Of a stretch of 64,000 bases of DNA, positions 1 through 14,060 are shown one piece after another (the first letter of the stretch is position 1; every line of letters begins with the position of its first letter). The position numbers and the translations under genes were made by a program. This DNA is from Saccostrea echinata (taxonomy: Eukaryota): contig NW_026889803.1 of NCBI RefSeq assembly GCF_033153115.1, positions 2,914,001-2,978,000 on the forward strand, read 5' to 3'. The notes beneath the pieces were generated by a model. That model did not search any database. It worked only from the letters and a program-made list of their open reading frames with translations, and was not told the DNA's origin.

Positions 1-140
1 ATTAGATATTAAAACAAAGTTAATTGGGTAATGCAAAAAAAAGAGAGAAAAATTGTAGGTTTGTCCATATTTTGAGAAGTCATTAATTATAATGCAAAAT
101 TTGAATTATATGAAATTGAAAAATATCCATTTTGTTTCAG

Positions 141-3100
141 TTATCTGAAGTTCAGAATGAGGCTGAGCATTTGAAATCTGATTTGTCAGAAGCACGGTCC
201 CAGTACAAAGACTGTGCACAAGAGGTAGGGCATTTCCTGATAATGTTATCAAGTGAGATTGTCTTCAAGTTCAGGTTATTCAACTTCTATTGAGAATGTT
301 ATACTGAATATATAATTCCATGTTACTTTACTTGTGTGGAGGGTACATTGCAACAGTACTTAAGACTTAAAGAAAATCGGGTAAACATTGAATTGACTTT
401 CTGTTTAAAGTTAGTTGAAATGCTTGGCTGACTTTTAAGCATTTAAATTTTCATTTAACATTCATTTGACATCTGAGAAAAGTCAAATTATGTGAACTTG
501 TGATATTTACTTTCAAGTAATAAAATAATTAGCATGTAGATTATGGGCTATACATAAGAAAAGAGATGGATCTTTAATTAGAAAACTAAATGGAATAATT
601 TTAAGATATTTTCTGAAAAGTTCAAAATGTGTGAAGAACCAGGATGAAAATGATAACAATTAAAATAAGAAAGAAAGACAGATAATATTGACAGGTCTGG
701 TCAAATGGGTCCGTATGGCATAGGTATCCACAAATCTATCTGGCCATCTGACTGACATTTAAATCTATAGGCAGGTTGACAAACACTGCCTCAATTGTAT
801 CACAGATCCATGGCTCTCCCAGAAAACCTAGAGGCCTGGGAATTTTGTCCTCGGTGTGATATATTGGGAATGTTTCAGTTGTCAGCTGATAGTTATGGAT
901 AGCATTATCTTTTTGAAGTTTTTGTCTTTGCTCATGTTTGTTTAGTTACTGTTTGACAGTTTAGTTGATTGGGGATTATTTATGAAGATATTAAGTTCAT
1001 CTTGACATGATTTATGTCCTGTAGTACTAGCTAATGGTCAATATAAATCAATTAAATTCCAAAGTAATGATGATTATAAAAAAAATGAAATAACTACAAA
1101 AATAGTTGTTCACCTATAGATTGTATTTCCTATGATAATTTTAATTTCAGAATTTATAAAAAAATTTTTAATACGTCAATAAAGTAAATGTTGTAATGGA
1201 GAACATTGTAAAATGGTTTTGTATATGATTAACAGCTTGCCCATCATGAAGAAAAGCTAATGTTGATGGAACAGAGCTTAAACACGACACAAGATCAGCT
1301 CAGTCAAAGGGTCACAGAGGTCGTGAGGCATGAGCAGATCAACAGGAAGTTACAGGCCGAGCTCAAGACTCTGAGGGAGAGGAATACCAGCTATGAGGAG
1401 GAAATCGCAGAGCAGAAGTCAATAATTGATAAACTAAGGAAGGATTTGGTGGCAGCCAAGGAGGAGTATCACTCAGCGGTACAGGAGGGCCTGGCCTACA
1501 AACAACAGGCACACAAAACTGAGGTGGAGCTCAAGGGGGCCCGTGAACAGGAACAGATGCTGTCTGAGCAGGTCAGTCTTATACTCTAACAATAATCTAC
1601 AGGTACACATTATTGGTGCATGTGTTTGAAAATAGATAGAATACACCTATTCACTGGCTATGAGGACATGTAGCAAATTTATTGTCCGACAAGATGATAA
1701 CTATTTCCCAAAGCGTGAAAAAGGTTCAACTATGCAGCATCTTCATTGTAAATGTGCTGTTGTAGGTGGAGCAACAGGACAACATCCTGACACAGCTACA
1801 ACAGGAACTGAAGGCGGAGAGAGAACGTCATGCTGACACGGGGCGCCACCTACAGAAGGCCAAGAAAGCTAACTGTGATCTTAAGGATGACATTGATAAC
1901 TACCACAAACAAGTCGCAGATCTCGCCACTACAGTAAGTCTTCTATTGTAGGCTTCTTATAAATGTATGATACAATCTGCACTTATCTAAGTGGATCAAA
2001 ACCAATAAAATGATAGGTCACTACCCATACATTTGAACGTTTGTTACGTGTACTTCTTAAAAAATAATACATGTACAATTGTACTGAAATTGAAGGTGCA
2101 AGTTATAACAGTAAAGTAAATTGTAATCAGTCTGTGAAGTTTTATGAGCATTTATTTGAGAGGTAAATTGATAGAATCTTTATAATTGTAGATTAAGGAG
2201 AAGGATGAGCTGTTGTCTAACATGAGAGGAGAGATGGAGTCTATACAGCAGAGACAGAGGAACCTCAAGGAGGAGCTGGCTGAGAGGGAGGGACAGCTGA
2301 GGGTGGCCAAAATGAACCTCCAGACTGCCCAGAAACAGAGTCAGCATCATTCTCAAGAGGTCAGAAGACAACTGTTCTATATATACATTACAAAAGGTTT
2401 TATTTTCACTATTCTTCTAATTATTTCTAGGAAAACATTTACATAATACTCCTTTTTTTCTTCCATTCTGTAGATTTCTAGATATGAAGAGACCCTTGTA
2501 CAAATGCAGAATGACCTTGACAAGGCCCAGGAACAGTTCAGGAAAACTCATGCAGAGGTAACCATATTTTTTAAAGTTCATTTTGTTCACTGCTTTATAA
2601 TTAAGGTTGTACTATTAATGTATTGTTATTACAATGTGTATATAAAAGATTGAAAAATTGAATGTCAGCATTTTGATACAGATAGAAATTTTTATATTTT
2701 CTTGATGTTTCCAGTTATTAGACAATGAGCAGCGTGTCCATGACCTTAAGGTTCAGCTAGCAACAGTTCAAGGTCACCACAAGGAGTCCATGGATCAGCT
2801 TGGAGAAAAATCTCGCCAGGTGGCAGCAATTAAAACTGACCTTGCCAAATCACAACAGCAAAACCAGTCCTTGTCTGATGAGGTAAGTTCTTACTCAAAC
2901 CTCAACTTTGCCAAATCTCAGCATCAAAATTAGTCATTGTTTGACGAGGTTATGTTTTTCTCATTATCAACTTGTATGATTTAAATTTTTTTGGTTTTTA
3001 TTGAATAAGGTGACGCAATATTGAAATGATGACATATTGGTTGTTTTGTTTCAGTTGCATGCATTTGAGGAAAAAATGAGGATGATGAATGGAGAATGCA

Positions 3101-6100
3101 AGAAGCTGCAGGAGATGAACAAAGCTGCAGATGATGAGGTAAATTACTCACATTAACAGAGTTTTTAATAGTTTTAGGTGACACTATAAAATGACATTAG
3201 AATAAAAGGATAATCTTGTAATTAAGTTTCAAGTTTTTTTTATTAAAATTGATCACTCATTTATTTAATGTTTCTTACTCCAGAATATTCCTTGACATTC
3301 AAATATATGTATACATGTCTATAGAATAAAAAGTAACTGAAATATTCGTTTCATTTCAGATGCGAGCCTTTGAGATGAAATACCAAGATATGCAACAAGA
3401 GCTTATGAATACCCAGGACAAAAGTCGACAGAGTTTACAGGAACTCTCTGCCAGGGAGGAAGAAATAGTAGTCCTAAAAATAGAACTTAGCAATCTGCAA
3501 GAAAAGTTTAAAGCCAAATTAGATGCGGTAAATTGACCCCTTACATTTTCTTCTTTTTAACATTCATTTGAAAGCTTTCAATTTCCCTTTGATGACCCTG
3601 GGCTTTGAAATATGTGTAATTTGATGGTGTACGTATTTTGCAGTTTGACAAATTGAAGAATGATCACGACTTCATACAGTATAACTATCATTGTTCTGGG
3701 GAGGAGATTCAGTCACTGCGTAATGCTCTGGAGGAATCAAGGTCAAATGGGGACCGCCTTCACAAAGAGAGTGAACTGGTGGTTCAGAATGTCAACACAT
3801 GGGTGCAGGAACAAAAGTAAGATTTTAAAAAAAATCTCGGTCTTTTAAGTTTTGGACTTTGAGTTACAATTTATCATTGAAACAGTTTTCTTCCTGTTTA
3901 CATCATCAAGAATTGCATTGCATGCCTTGCTACAAAGATTATTTAACAATATGCATTTTGAAATGTTCATTGCATGTGTTTGAATTGCTTTATAATTCAC
4001 AGGCTTGCAAATGAGAAACTGGGCAACAAGATTAGGTAAATAAATACATTTGACTAGGGAAATACATTATTGCATAATATTGAGAAAAAGTTCTTTTAAT
4101 ACAAGGATATACATTGTATATCACTTTTTAATATATAATTTTCTTTATGTATCTTATTCTACACTATCTTCAGTGCACTTTTCATAATGGAATGCATTTG
4201 GCATGACTTTTTGCACATCCAAGATCTATATAATATGTTGCAACTTCATTTTGACAATTGAATACAATTTAAAGCCTAATTTGTCATTTTGTTTATTTAT
4301 AAATGTTTTCTTTTAAATTCCAGAGAGCAGAGCAAAGCTATTATGACACTAACATCAGAAAAAGAGTAAGTCACACACAGAATAGTTTATATAGGAGGTT
4401 GAATTCATTTTACTGGTAATAATGAATGTTAAAATAAAAGTCTTGACAAGAATTAAGAAACTTTTTGTTTTCCTTGTAGACAATTGCTTGACCAAGTTGC
4501 ACAGCTACAGAAACAGAGCAACAAAATGAAGATAGAACTAGAAGAGAGACGTGATGAATCAGACAGGTTTAAGGTACAAAACTAAACTTGACTTTTGGAT
4601 GCAAAACAGGTGACATATAAACAAATATATTTTTACTCCTTATACACTTCAATTTTAGGCACTACAGAACCATTCCTCACACCAGCAAGTTATTCTGAAT
4701 CAGCTGAGATCCAGGCTTGAAGATCATGAGTAAGACTTGTTTTTTCATATCTTGATATAAATAGATAAGAAGCAATTTCCAGCAGCAGTAGTGCTATTGA
4801 ATGAAGTTCTAATTGGCAGAATTTTTGTTTTTAATGAAAAGATTTTTCATTTTTCAGACATGATCAGGATCAAGAAGTACAGAGTAAAATAGCTACAATA
4901 GAAGATCTTCACTCTAGACTGAAACTGAATATAGACAACATCCAGCAGCTAAATCAGCAGGTAAATATGTAAAATAGGGTTGTATAGAAATCCTCAACAA
5001 ACTTTTACAAATCTAATTCAGTACAGTTGATCTTGATTATCTCAAACACTGATATCTTGAATATAAGGGATATATCAAAGTGATTGACAGTCCCAACCCC
5101 TTAGTATTAATGTTTTTTTTTACCCTGGTTGGTTATCTCAAAGTTCAAGCCAACAAGGTTTGACTGTATTATGATGATTAAATTTACTGCCATTAATGAG
5201 AAAAATGCTCCAATCACTTTATAATTTTTCCAATCATTTTCAGCTAAGTACCTTACAAAAAGAGAACCATCGTCTTAGGAATGACCTTGATCGAGAGATT
5301 TCATCCCGACAGACATTAGAATTACAGGTAGAAAGCAAAGACCAGACAATCAGTAGTCTAAAATCTCAGCTGGACGCAAAACGTCACCTCCTCATTGAAA
5401 ACAGCTCCCCACTCAAGGACTTTGATAAACCTGTAAGTATACCAATTACAGTCATTATTAAGTCACATATCATTATCAACATCCATTCACAGAGCTTTTG
5501 AAATATTCACTTCTGCACAAATAAAAGGTTTATGTTGTTAGAGATTATCTATATAAAATGAAAATTTACTTCAGTCTGAGACAAATTAAAAAAAAAAAAT
5601 GTTTGTTTTTGTGTTCATCAAGTATGAAATTTAATTTGATATATGATTCTGTCATCAGAGAAGCCCTGTTAGTAAGCGATCCCCAAAACGCAAGGCTCGA
5701 GTCGTTAGTCCTGTAAGAAAGAGTTAATTCTGCATTGCTATGTCATTGCTTATTGTTTGTTTTCCCAGTAACAATGTTTTAAGTAAGCTTAGGTACCATT
5801 GACAAAGAAAAATGTGGTTAATTTAGAGGCATCGGATAATTAACATTTAAAGAATTATGCTGCAAGCTTTACTTTAAATGCACACCTGACTCAATATGTA
5901 TTCATTTTTCAAAGATTTAAAGAATTATTTTTAGTCTGACTATATTATTTGGCCTATTTATGACATGATGATGCAGCAGAGCATTATGGGTAGAGCTTGT
6001 AGCAGCTGTGTGTGATCTTGATCATTTTAGTGTTAATAGGCTAGGGTTAGATGTTTTGTGTGAATGTTTTCAGGATGATAAAAAAGACAAAATATTGAGG

Positions 6101-8169
6101 GGAGGAATTATTGACAAGGTATCATATATGACAGACTGGAGCATATATCCTACCTATATTCATGGCTTTGGCAGAGTAGTTCAGGTTGCTATGAAAAAGG
6201 ACATTTTTTATGCATTATTGAGTCTAGATTTGGTTGAAGATGTAAAAATTATTTCAATTTTTTTTCATAAATTTAAACTGACTTTTATAAATGAAAATAT
6301 TTTTATAAATTTTATTTTGAGATTTTTTTCTTCTTCAAATTTTGTCCTTTGTTATTGCAATTGAAGATTTAGACGCTGATTTAGAGTCTTTCATGACTTA
6401 CATAAAATAATCAGAAAATAATCATTATATGCATGCAAAGTGCATTAGTGCTGTAAACTTGCTTTATCTGGTTTTAATTCTATTTGCAAATTTTACATGA
6501 ACCATAGTAATTTTCAATAGCCTTACAGTTTCAAATAAAGATTAAAAAAAATGCTGGAAAACAAGAATTTCAATTTTAATCTATTGATTTTGGTGTCGGA
6601 CAAATAAAGCAATAGCAGTTGAAAGTGATTTTGCAGCACTTCAGAAACACTGTACAAAGGTAGATAATTCATGCACATCACATAAAGATCGGTATATTTT
6701 GTACTACATGTATAAATATATTACATTTTTTAGTCTTACTTAAGTATTACTTAAATGACTTTCAGTAGTAAACCGGAATTGATCTTCTATAGCAAGAAAT
6801 GCCCCATTTTTTGAGATACATATACCGGAAGTTTCATTGTACATATAACAGTGATGCATGTAATTTGAAAATAAGAATGTTATTCCCTTGGAGTGAAGTT
6901 TATTTGAATGTAACTATGGTGGTGCTTACATCTGTTTAAAGGCACATGTATATGCATGAACAACACCTTTTAAACTGCATTGCAAGGGGATATTCCATTT
7001 TGCTGCATTTTCCTTTTATTAAATGCATTTTCCTTCATTGAAAAAACTTAGATAACGTAGATCAGTCTGGTTATAGATTTGCACATGATTTCTTTTTGTA
7101 TCATATCTTTTAATATAGAAATTACTTATTACTGCTTACTACATTATACTTTTTTTTTTTTTTTGAAAAATGATCAATAAATATTACTGATATATCTAGG
7201 TTCAGATTTCAAAATCACCATTAGCACATGTGTAACACATTCATTATATGTGTGTCATCAAAATACACAACAAGCTGTTATATTTTATGTGAGAGTTTTG
7301 ATTCATTTTGTAGCAAAGAGCCTATGGTAAAGGACTAGAGGATGCTGGGATATCTGATCCACATGCTTTAGACAAGAATTACTGGATCCAGAGAGTGGGT
7401 GAGGTAAGTGTAGGAAATTATACATTATCTTGAAATGACACTCCTTAAAAAATCTAAGGATTTCAAAAATGTTTTAAATATTTTTAGTGATGTGGTTTTA
7501 TCGTAGCAAAAAGTAGCAATTTTGTTCGGAGAAAAAAAAAAATTGGTAGGAACAAATTTAATTACAAACAGTATTTTAAAAATATATATGTATTCCTGCA
7601 GAGATACCCTGACAGCCATTAGGTGAAGTGTAGGTATTCTGATGTTAGTGATGTGTGTTCTAATTTCTTACCACTGCTACATGTACATGTATATTATTCA
7701 GTGTAAAAAGTCCAATAAGGAGGAGTGGACAAGGGCTTAAACTAATTATTAAAATGTGATTTAACAATATAGTGTTCATTTAAATTTTAACAGCATATGT
7801 ACATTAGGACAAATATGAAGTAGTGTGAGGTGATGCATATCAGTTAGTGATTAATTGAAAATTTTAATAACTAGCTAACTGTTTGACTGCTTGTTGATAG
7901 GATTGAATATTGAAGTAATTTTTTTTTTTTTACAATTAACCTCAAATGTCATTTTGAAATTTATCTGGAAGATAAAGTACATGTATCTATTAAATCAGAC
8001 TAATTGCAAGTTAACATATTTGTAAATTTAAAAACATTTCTATATAAATTTTCAGCTTTCCATCCAGTTGCAGCAAAGCAGTGAATACTGGGCAGACAAA
8101 GTGCGTGAACTCTCTGGGCAACTGGGCAAGGCCCGATCAACCATTAGCCAGTCCCCCAAACCTCGATAG
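141..8169 (+). CDS. 3' part (19 coding exons) of a long coiled-coil protein gene, PMFBP1/CCDC18-like; 5' end lies outside the window
   Basis: GT-AG exons splice in frame: 141-224, 1236-1571, 1766-1933, 2192-2359, 2474-2557, 2715-2882, 3055-3138, 3360-3527, 3644-3816, 4003-4035, 4324-4365, 4480-4573, 4659-4729, 4858-4960, 5244-5432, 5659-5712, 6074-6118, 7314-7403, 8056-8169 (TAG). Protein is E/Q/K/L-rich heptads. The segment ESELVVQNVNTWVQEQKLANEKLGNKIREQSKAIMTLTSEKE resembles the PMFBP1 C-terminal coil (from memory). Exon structure is strong; the name is moderate. Confidence 0.85.
5024..5166. mobile_element. Decayed intronic Tc1/mariner-pogo-type MITE
   Basis: TA|CAGTTGATCTTG ... AAGGTTTGACTG|TA: imperfect TIRs with TA flanks. 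Confidence 0.45.
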
Positions 8170-10034
8170 TTTTATGATGCTATATGAAGTGTGTGTTTAC
8201 TCACAGTTTACCGTCCAGTAGTACTAGTCGACGAGGATTGTAGTTATCAATGGTACCTCTATGCAACGTGTCAGTATAGTCACCTTTGTTAGGGGAGTTT
8301 TGTCTTGAATGTGTTTGTGTGTGTAGAGAAGGCATAATTTATTAACAAGATTACAGTAAATTCGTGAATAAACTCCAGCTGAAATAGCTGCCAGTCATCA
8401 GATGTATTATTTATAGAAAAAAAAAATTCATATACAATTTTTTTGTCTCTCAGAAACATTTTATGTAGAATTGATGATTAGTGTTCAACACTTTTCCTTT
8501 TTGCCGTCCATTTATATATTATGCTTTTGAAACATTGTATTTATAAAGGTCTTTTTTTATTACTGTAAGAAAAATGATAGGTAGCAACAAATTTTTGAGA
8601 GGTTAAATGCCATGTTGAATATTCTGTGTATGGCAGCATAGCATTTGTGCAGTATTATATTGCTTCACATGGGAAACTGATGTGTATTATATCAGAATGT
8701 TCCAAGAATTTTTTACTCTTTAGTTGGACCAATTTCTGTTGTGTGAACATGATGGAAAGAGAAGCTGTGATAAATGTTTTTATATTTGTAGCTAGAAGTG
8801 CTTTTATTTATAAAAGTGAATGTTGTATTTATTATAGATCTGTATAACTGCATCTGATATTTTGCCAGATTTTTTTTTAAGTACCATAGATGGTTTTCCT
8901 TGAATGTGAAATTATGGTTTATGTAATAAAATGTAGCACCAATTTATTTAACAGGAATGATTATTTTCCCTGAAAACATTGTCCCGCTTTTCATATATTA
9001 TATACATACATATTTTTATGAATAAAAAATTCAACACCATAATACATAAGTGTACTTATAACTTAAAACCATTTGATAAAATTGAGGCAAAGTTGTCATG
9101 TTGTGATTTCAGTATTAAGCACTTAAAATATAAAATACACTTTGAAATACATGTATGTTATAAATGTAACACACTGTAAAATAACTTTTTTTTTATAGGG
9201 TCAAATTTTTGTGGTTTGAGGATCAATATTGGTTTGTTGGGACTTGCTTTCATGGTGGAAAATATTTGAGTGTTAATATATTGTACGTAATGTTAACATT
9301 TCATGGAGGGTAGGAATTTGTGGGTCTCTTCATGCCACAAAAACAAACAAAAATTAACCCCCCAAGAAAATTAGTGATTTCCATGTAATTGGTGAAATAT
9401 AATGTTACACCTATTTTTTTTTTCATGTCCAGTGGCGGATCTTGAGGAGATTGTGGAGGTTGCACCCACACCATCCCTGATCATCTTGGAAATAAATAAT
9501 CTGTCCTTTACTGACATGAAAATAAAAATATTAGCCAACCTCCCTCCCCCCCCCCCCCCCCCCCCCAATCAAATGGTCGTCCCCTCACCTGAACTTTTTC
9601 AGCATCATGAAGTTGGTCAAAAAATCGAAAACACATTGAATAGAAATTTAATTTCTTCACATTGGCTCAGATAAATAAACATAAAGCATTCATTTCTGTG
9701 CTATATAATCACATCTTATGAAGAAGGAAAAAATAATCTTTCAAGAGGTCCAAGGGCCTTACTGATCACCTGAGTATACATGTAATATAACACTGTAAAG
9801 GGTCAATAGAAGTCTATAATTTAAAAAAAAATAAATTGAGATTAAGATATGATGCCCCAGAGCAAGAGAAATAGGATGGTCAGGGATCAACAAAATAGTT
9901 ACTCTAGTACTCGATAATTAATCATAGAGTAAATCTATTTACTTGCCATTACTAACACACTCCCATTTGTCACTATCATAGAGAACATGAGTAAACCCTT
10001 CACTTTTCCTCAAACATTGGCATTTCTTGGTCTT

Positions 10035-10745
10035 TGAAGAAAAGACCAGAAGATCTTATGCGATAGTAAGGTGTCCGTCATCTGTCCTTCTGTCTGTCCG
10101 TTTGTAAACAAGTTTTCAAAATGCTACTCCTCCTACAGTTTTGATCTGATTTCAATATAACTTGGCACACAAGTAGACTATACTAAGATACATAATTCTC
10201 TTTATTGGTTTTTGATTTTGATGAACGGTGTTGCCATGGTTACTAAAAATAGAAATTTCTGTGAAATACTTTGAAAACGCTACTCCTCCTACAGGTTTGG
10301 TTTGATTTCAATATTACTTGGCACACAAGTAGACTACACTAAGATACATAATTCTGTATATCGGTTTTTGATTTTGATGAAAGGTGTTGCAATGGTTACT
10401 AAAAATAGAAATTTCTGTGAGATACTTTCAAAACGCTACTCGTCCTACAGTTTTGGTCTGATTTCAATATAACTTGGCACACACAAGTAGATTACATTAA
10501 GTTTCATAATTCTGTTTATCAGTTTTTGATTTTGATGAATGGTTACTAAAATCGAAATTTCTGTAAAATTCTTTTAAAAGGCTACTCCTCCTACAGTTAG
10601 GTCTGATTGCAATAAATCTTGCCACAAAAAGAGACTAAACCAAGGATCATTATTCTATTTATTGCTGTTACAAAGTGCTACTTTTCTCCTCATTTGTTAC
10701 AAGTACAAACCAGTAGAGCTACAGTCTTGTCAGAGACTTCTAATT
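10035..10745 (+). mobile_element. Nested HINE-like element with ~156-bp tandem core repeats
   Basis: TCCG/TCTG microsatellite head at ~10073-10100; CTACTCCTCCTACAG units at ~10124, 10280, 10436, 10582; the block is absent from the related host copy near 16080-16110. Confidence 0.75.
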
Positions 10746-11638
10746 ATTTATCTACTATTTACAAGTCTATAGCTACTTGACCATTAAAAGCTGAAAGTAA
10801 TTTTTGCATTATATATTAAAAATTCTTGTTTAATTCGTTTATTCAATTTGACATAACATTTACATTATTTACAGTAATTACATTGAATAGCAAAGGAGAA
10901 TAACTTTTCTCAGAAGAGTACACACTTCCCTACAACCTCAGAGAAGAAGATTTTCAGAGTATAATGCATTTTCACTACATAATTAATAGAGCCCCCCCCC
11001 CCAACACCAGAATCTATGACCCAGAAACCCCCCCCCCCCCCAACACCAGAACCTTTGACCCAGGGGCTACGAATTTATTTATTTTGGAAGAGACCCCCTT
11101 GCTCATAATAACCATGCACTTAGTTTTTTGCAAATACCCAGGAGCAGGGAAGAAGATTTTTAAAGAATAAATACATTTTCACTATATTATCAATATAGCC
11201 CAGACCTGGGTCAGAGAACCCCTGACCCAAGGATCTTAAATTTCAAAATTTTGGAAGAGGCACTCTTGCTCATAACCATGTACTTAGTTTGTTTGCTTAA
11301 TACCAATTGACAGAGAAGAAAATTTTTAAAGAAATTTTTTCTTTTTTACTATATGATCAACAGAGCCACGCCCTAACACCAGGACTTCTGACGCAGGGGC
11401 CACGAACTATATAATTTTTTTTTTAAAAAAAGTACCCTCATCATAGCCATGTACTTAAATTGTTTGCTTAATACCCATCAAATGAGAAGAACATTTTCAA
11501 AGAATTAATACATTTAAACTATATTATCAATTGAGTCCCACCCTAACACCAGAATCCCTGACCCAGGAGCCACAAATTTTACAATTTTGGGAGAAGCACA
11601 CTTGCTTATCATAACTATACACTTAAGTTATCTGTTAA

Positions 11639-13374
11639 TAGTGATTCTCTGTAACCATTTAAACTTCTTTGCCACGCATAGTCACCGATTTTGATGAAAC
11701 TTTGCCCATTATTACTACTTGACACCAGAAACATATATCAAATAAAATTTCGTTGCTATGTGTCTTGGTTGCCATGGTAACAGCCAGAAAAATTGGAAAA
11801 ATTGAGATTTATAGCTACTTCGAATCTTTATTAAGCCTTAATAAAGACTAAGAAAAACAAACAAACCACTCTCACAAAAACATGACACCTTGTTGCCACT
11901 TATGCTATAAAGAAACTATTTAGAATTTATCTCTAAATAAGTGGTAACCATAGGTACATTTGGAATACATTTTAGATGCTGAAATATGCTGAAAAACGCT
12001 CAATATTCAATAATGATAGGTGTTACATGATCAAACTCAATCAACAACCTAAGAAAATCAATAAAAATATTTGACCTTAAGAAATTAGGTATTGGCAATA
12101 TTTTTCTAAAAATTATTTTCATGGTTGCCATGGAAACGCAGTGTAACCATGCAAAATCTGTTGCTAAGATTGGGTTAATGCTACTATTTTGAGGAAAAAA
12201 CAATAAAATTCATGACTGGCACATATACATCCTTAGGACCTTGCAACACCGACAACATAAGAAAAACTGGGATTTATTGTTACTTTGCAGTGTAACCTGG
12301 AAACAACGTATCAGTTGTTTAAAGTGATATTTTTTTGCTGCTTTAGGAATTTAGTAACCTTTTAATCAAGGAACATATTATTTGACTCACCTTGAATAGT
12401 ACTTATCTGGTAGAACTAAAGTTGAATATCATATATTGACAAAGTTTGATGAAAAATACAACACTGTTGCTATGGTTACCAAGAAGGGAAAATGTTCGAT
12501 TTTGTTAACTTTATATCAATATTAAACCCTATATGCCAGCTTTTTGCATCCAGTTAGAGATTTGGTGGTAGTCAAAATTGAAAGTCAGGTTAGTTGTTCA
12601 TAAATATCAATCATAAAAGTTTTGGGAATCTACATACAAGGGTACGTATCCAAGGAAACAGAATATTTTTCAAATTTATGCATATTTTTTCAGCTTATTT
12701 CCATAGCAACGCTCTATTTAAAGAATTGAATTTGAATTTTTTGAAATGTGAAAATTAGGACAACACCAACGCCGTTAAAAATTGATCATCAGTTATATAG
12801 AAATGTGCTTTTTAAAAAGATAGGATAAGATTAAAACACGAAGAGAGTAAATTTAAATTCCCTTCGTGGTATTAAGACCATGGCAACCGTTGCCAACCTA
12901 TAAGAAATATCATATTTCGTCCTTGGTATATGTTATAAGGGTCTTTTGTCTATTATTTGCTTTTATTTCAACCTATTATTGTTTTTATTCTTAAGTGTAT
13001 GACTTTATAAAATTAAATGAACAAAATTATTACTTTTGAATACTTTGTTTCCATAGTAACGTATATGATAGGTGATTTACCAAACATATTTATTATGCAT
13101 TGAAAACGCCAGGCCTTCAACTTTCAGAAACTGTCATTGGCACTTGTTTGCTTTGCCGCACACGTTAGCTATGGGTCTCTGAACATGTTGAAACATGCCA
13201 TTTTTTATACTTAAGGATATGTTGCTATTGTTACCATGACACGTAGCAACCAAATTTTGTCTGATTTGAGTTTATGGTATCAAAGACTTTTATCTTAGAG
13301 AGTATGGAGAAATTCGGAGACTACGCGTGCCACAGCTCCTATATAAAAGTTCAAGTCATTACAGAGAATGGCTC
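11639..13374. mobile_element. Non-autonomous TTAA-targeting DNA transposon (Kolobok/piggyBac-like) inserted in a satellite monomer
   Basis: TTAA at 11635-11638 and 13375-13378; imperfect TIRs TAGTGATTCTCTGTAACCATTTAAACTT versus (rc) GAGCCATTCTCTGTAATGACTTGAACTT; the host monomer resumes in register; no ORF. Confidence 0.75.
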
Positions 13375-13557
13375 TTAAATACCCAAGAGCAGAATAGAAG
13401 ATTTTCAAAGAATTAAGGCATTTTTACTATATTATCAATAGAGTCACGCCCTTACAACAGAACCCCTGACCCTCGGCCACGAATTTCACAATTTGGAAAA
13501 GACACCCCTGCTCATCATAATAATGCACTCGGTTTGTTTCCTGAATTCCCAGGAGCA

Positions 13558-13588
<31 letters not shown>

Positions 13589-14060
13589 TCTATATACATG
13601 TACTAGTAATCAATATAGCCCGCCTTAACACCAGAACTCTTGACCCAGGGTCCATGAATTTTACAACTTAGGAAGAGGCACCCTTGCTTATAATAATAAT
13701 GCACTTAGTTTGTCTGCTAAATATACAGGAGAAGAGAAGAAACTTTTTAAAGAACGTGTGCATTTTCACTGTATGATCAATAGAATCCATCCCTAACAAT
13801 GGAACCCCTGACACTGGGACCATGAATTTCACAATTTTGGTAGAGGACTCAATGCTTATTACAATTATGTCAAACGTTTAGCTTCTTGGTGTCCAGGAGT
13901 AGACAGGAACTTTTAAAATTGCATTAATTTTTATGGTTTTAGCCCCACCCCTCAGGCCCCAGGGGGCAGGGACCAAGAGGTTTAAATTTTTTGTTTCCCT
14001 TCACCATAAATACCATATACCAAAACTGGTCGAAATTGGTTCAGATCAGCGGTTCTAAAG

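Noticed and set aside
690-880. GC-richer intronic patch with small hairpins (GGCAG..CTGCC, CCCAG..CTGGG) as a possible snoRNA or alternative exon
   Set aside because: No convincing C/D or H/ACA box layout and no clean in-frame exon
9371-9674. Poly-Gly/poly-Pro ORFs (similar ones at 26879-27271, and poly-Lys at 46082-46652)
   Set aside because: Produced by C/G or A homopolymers in repeats; no coding character
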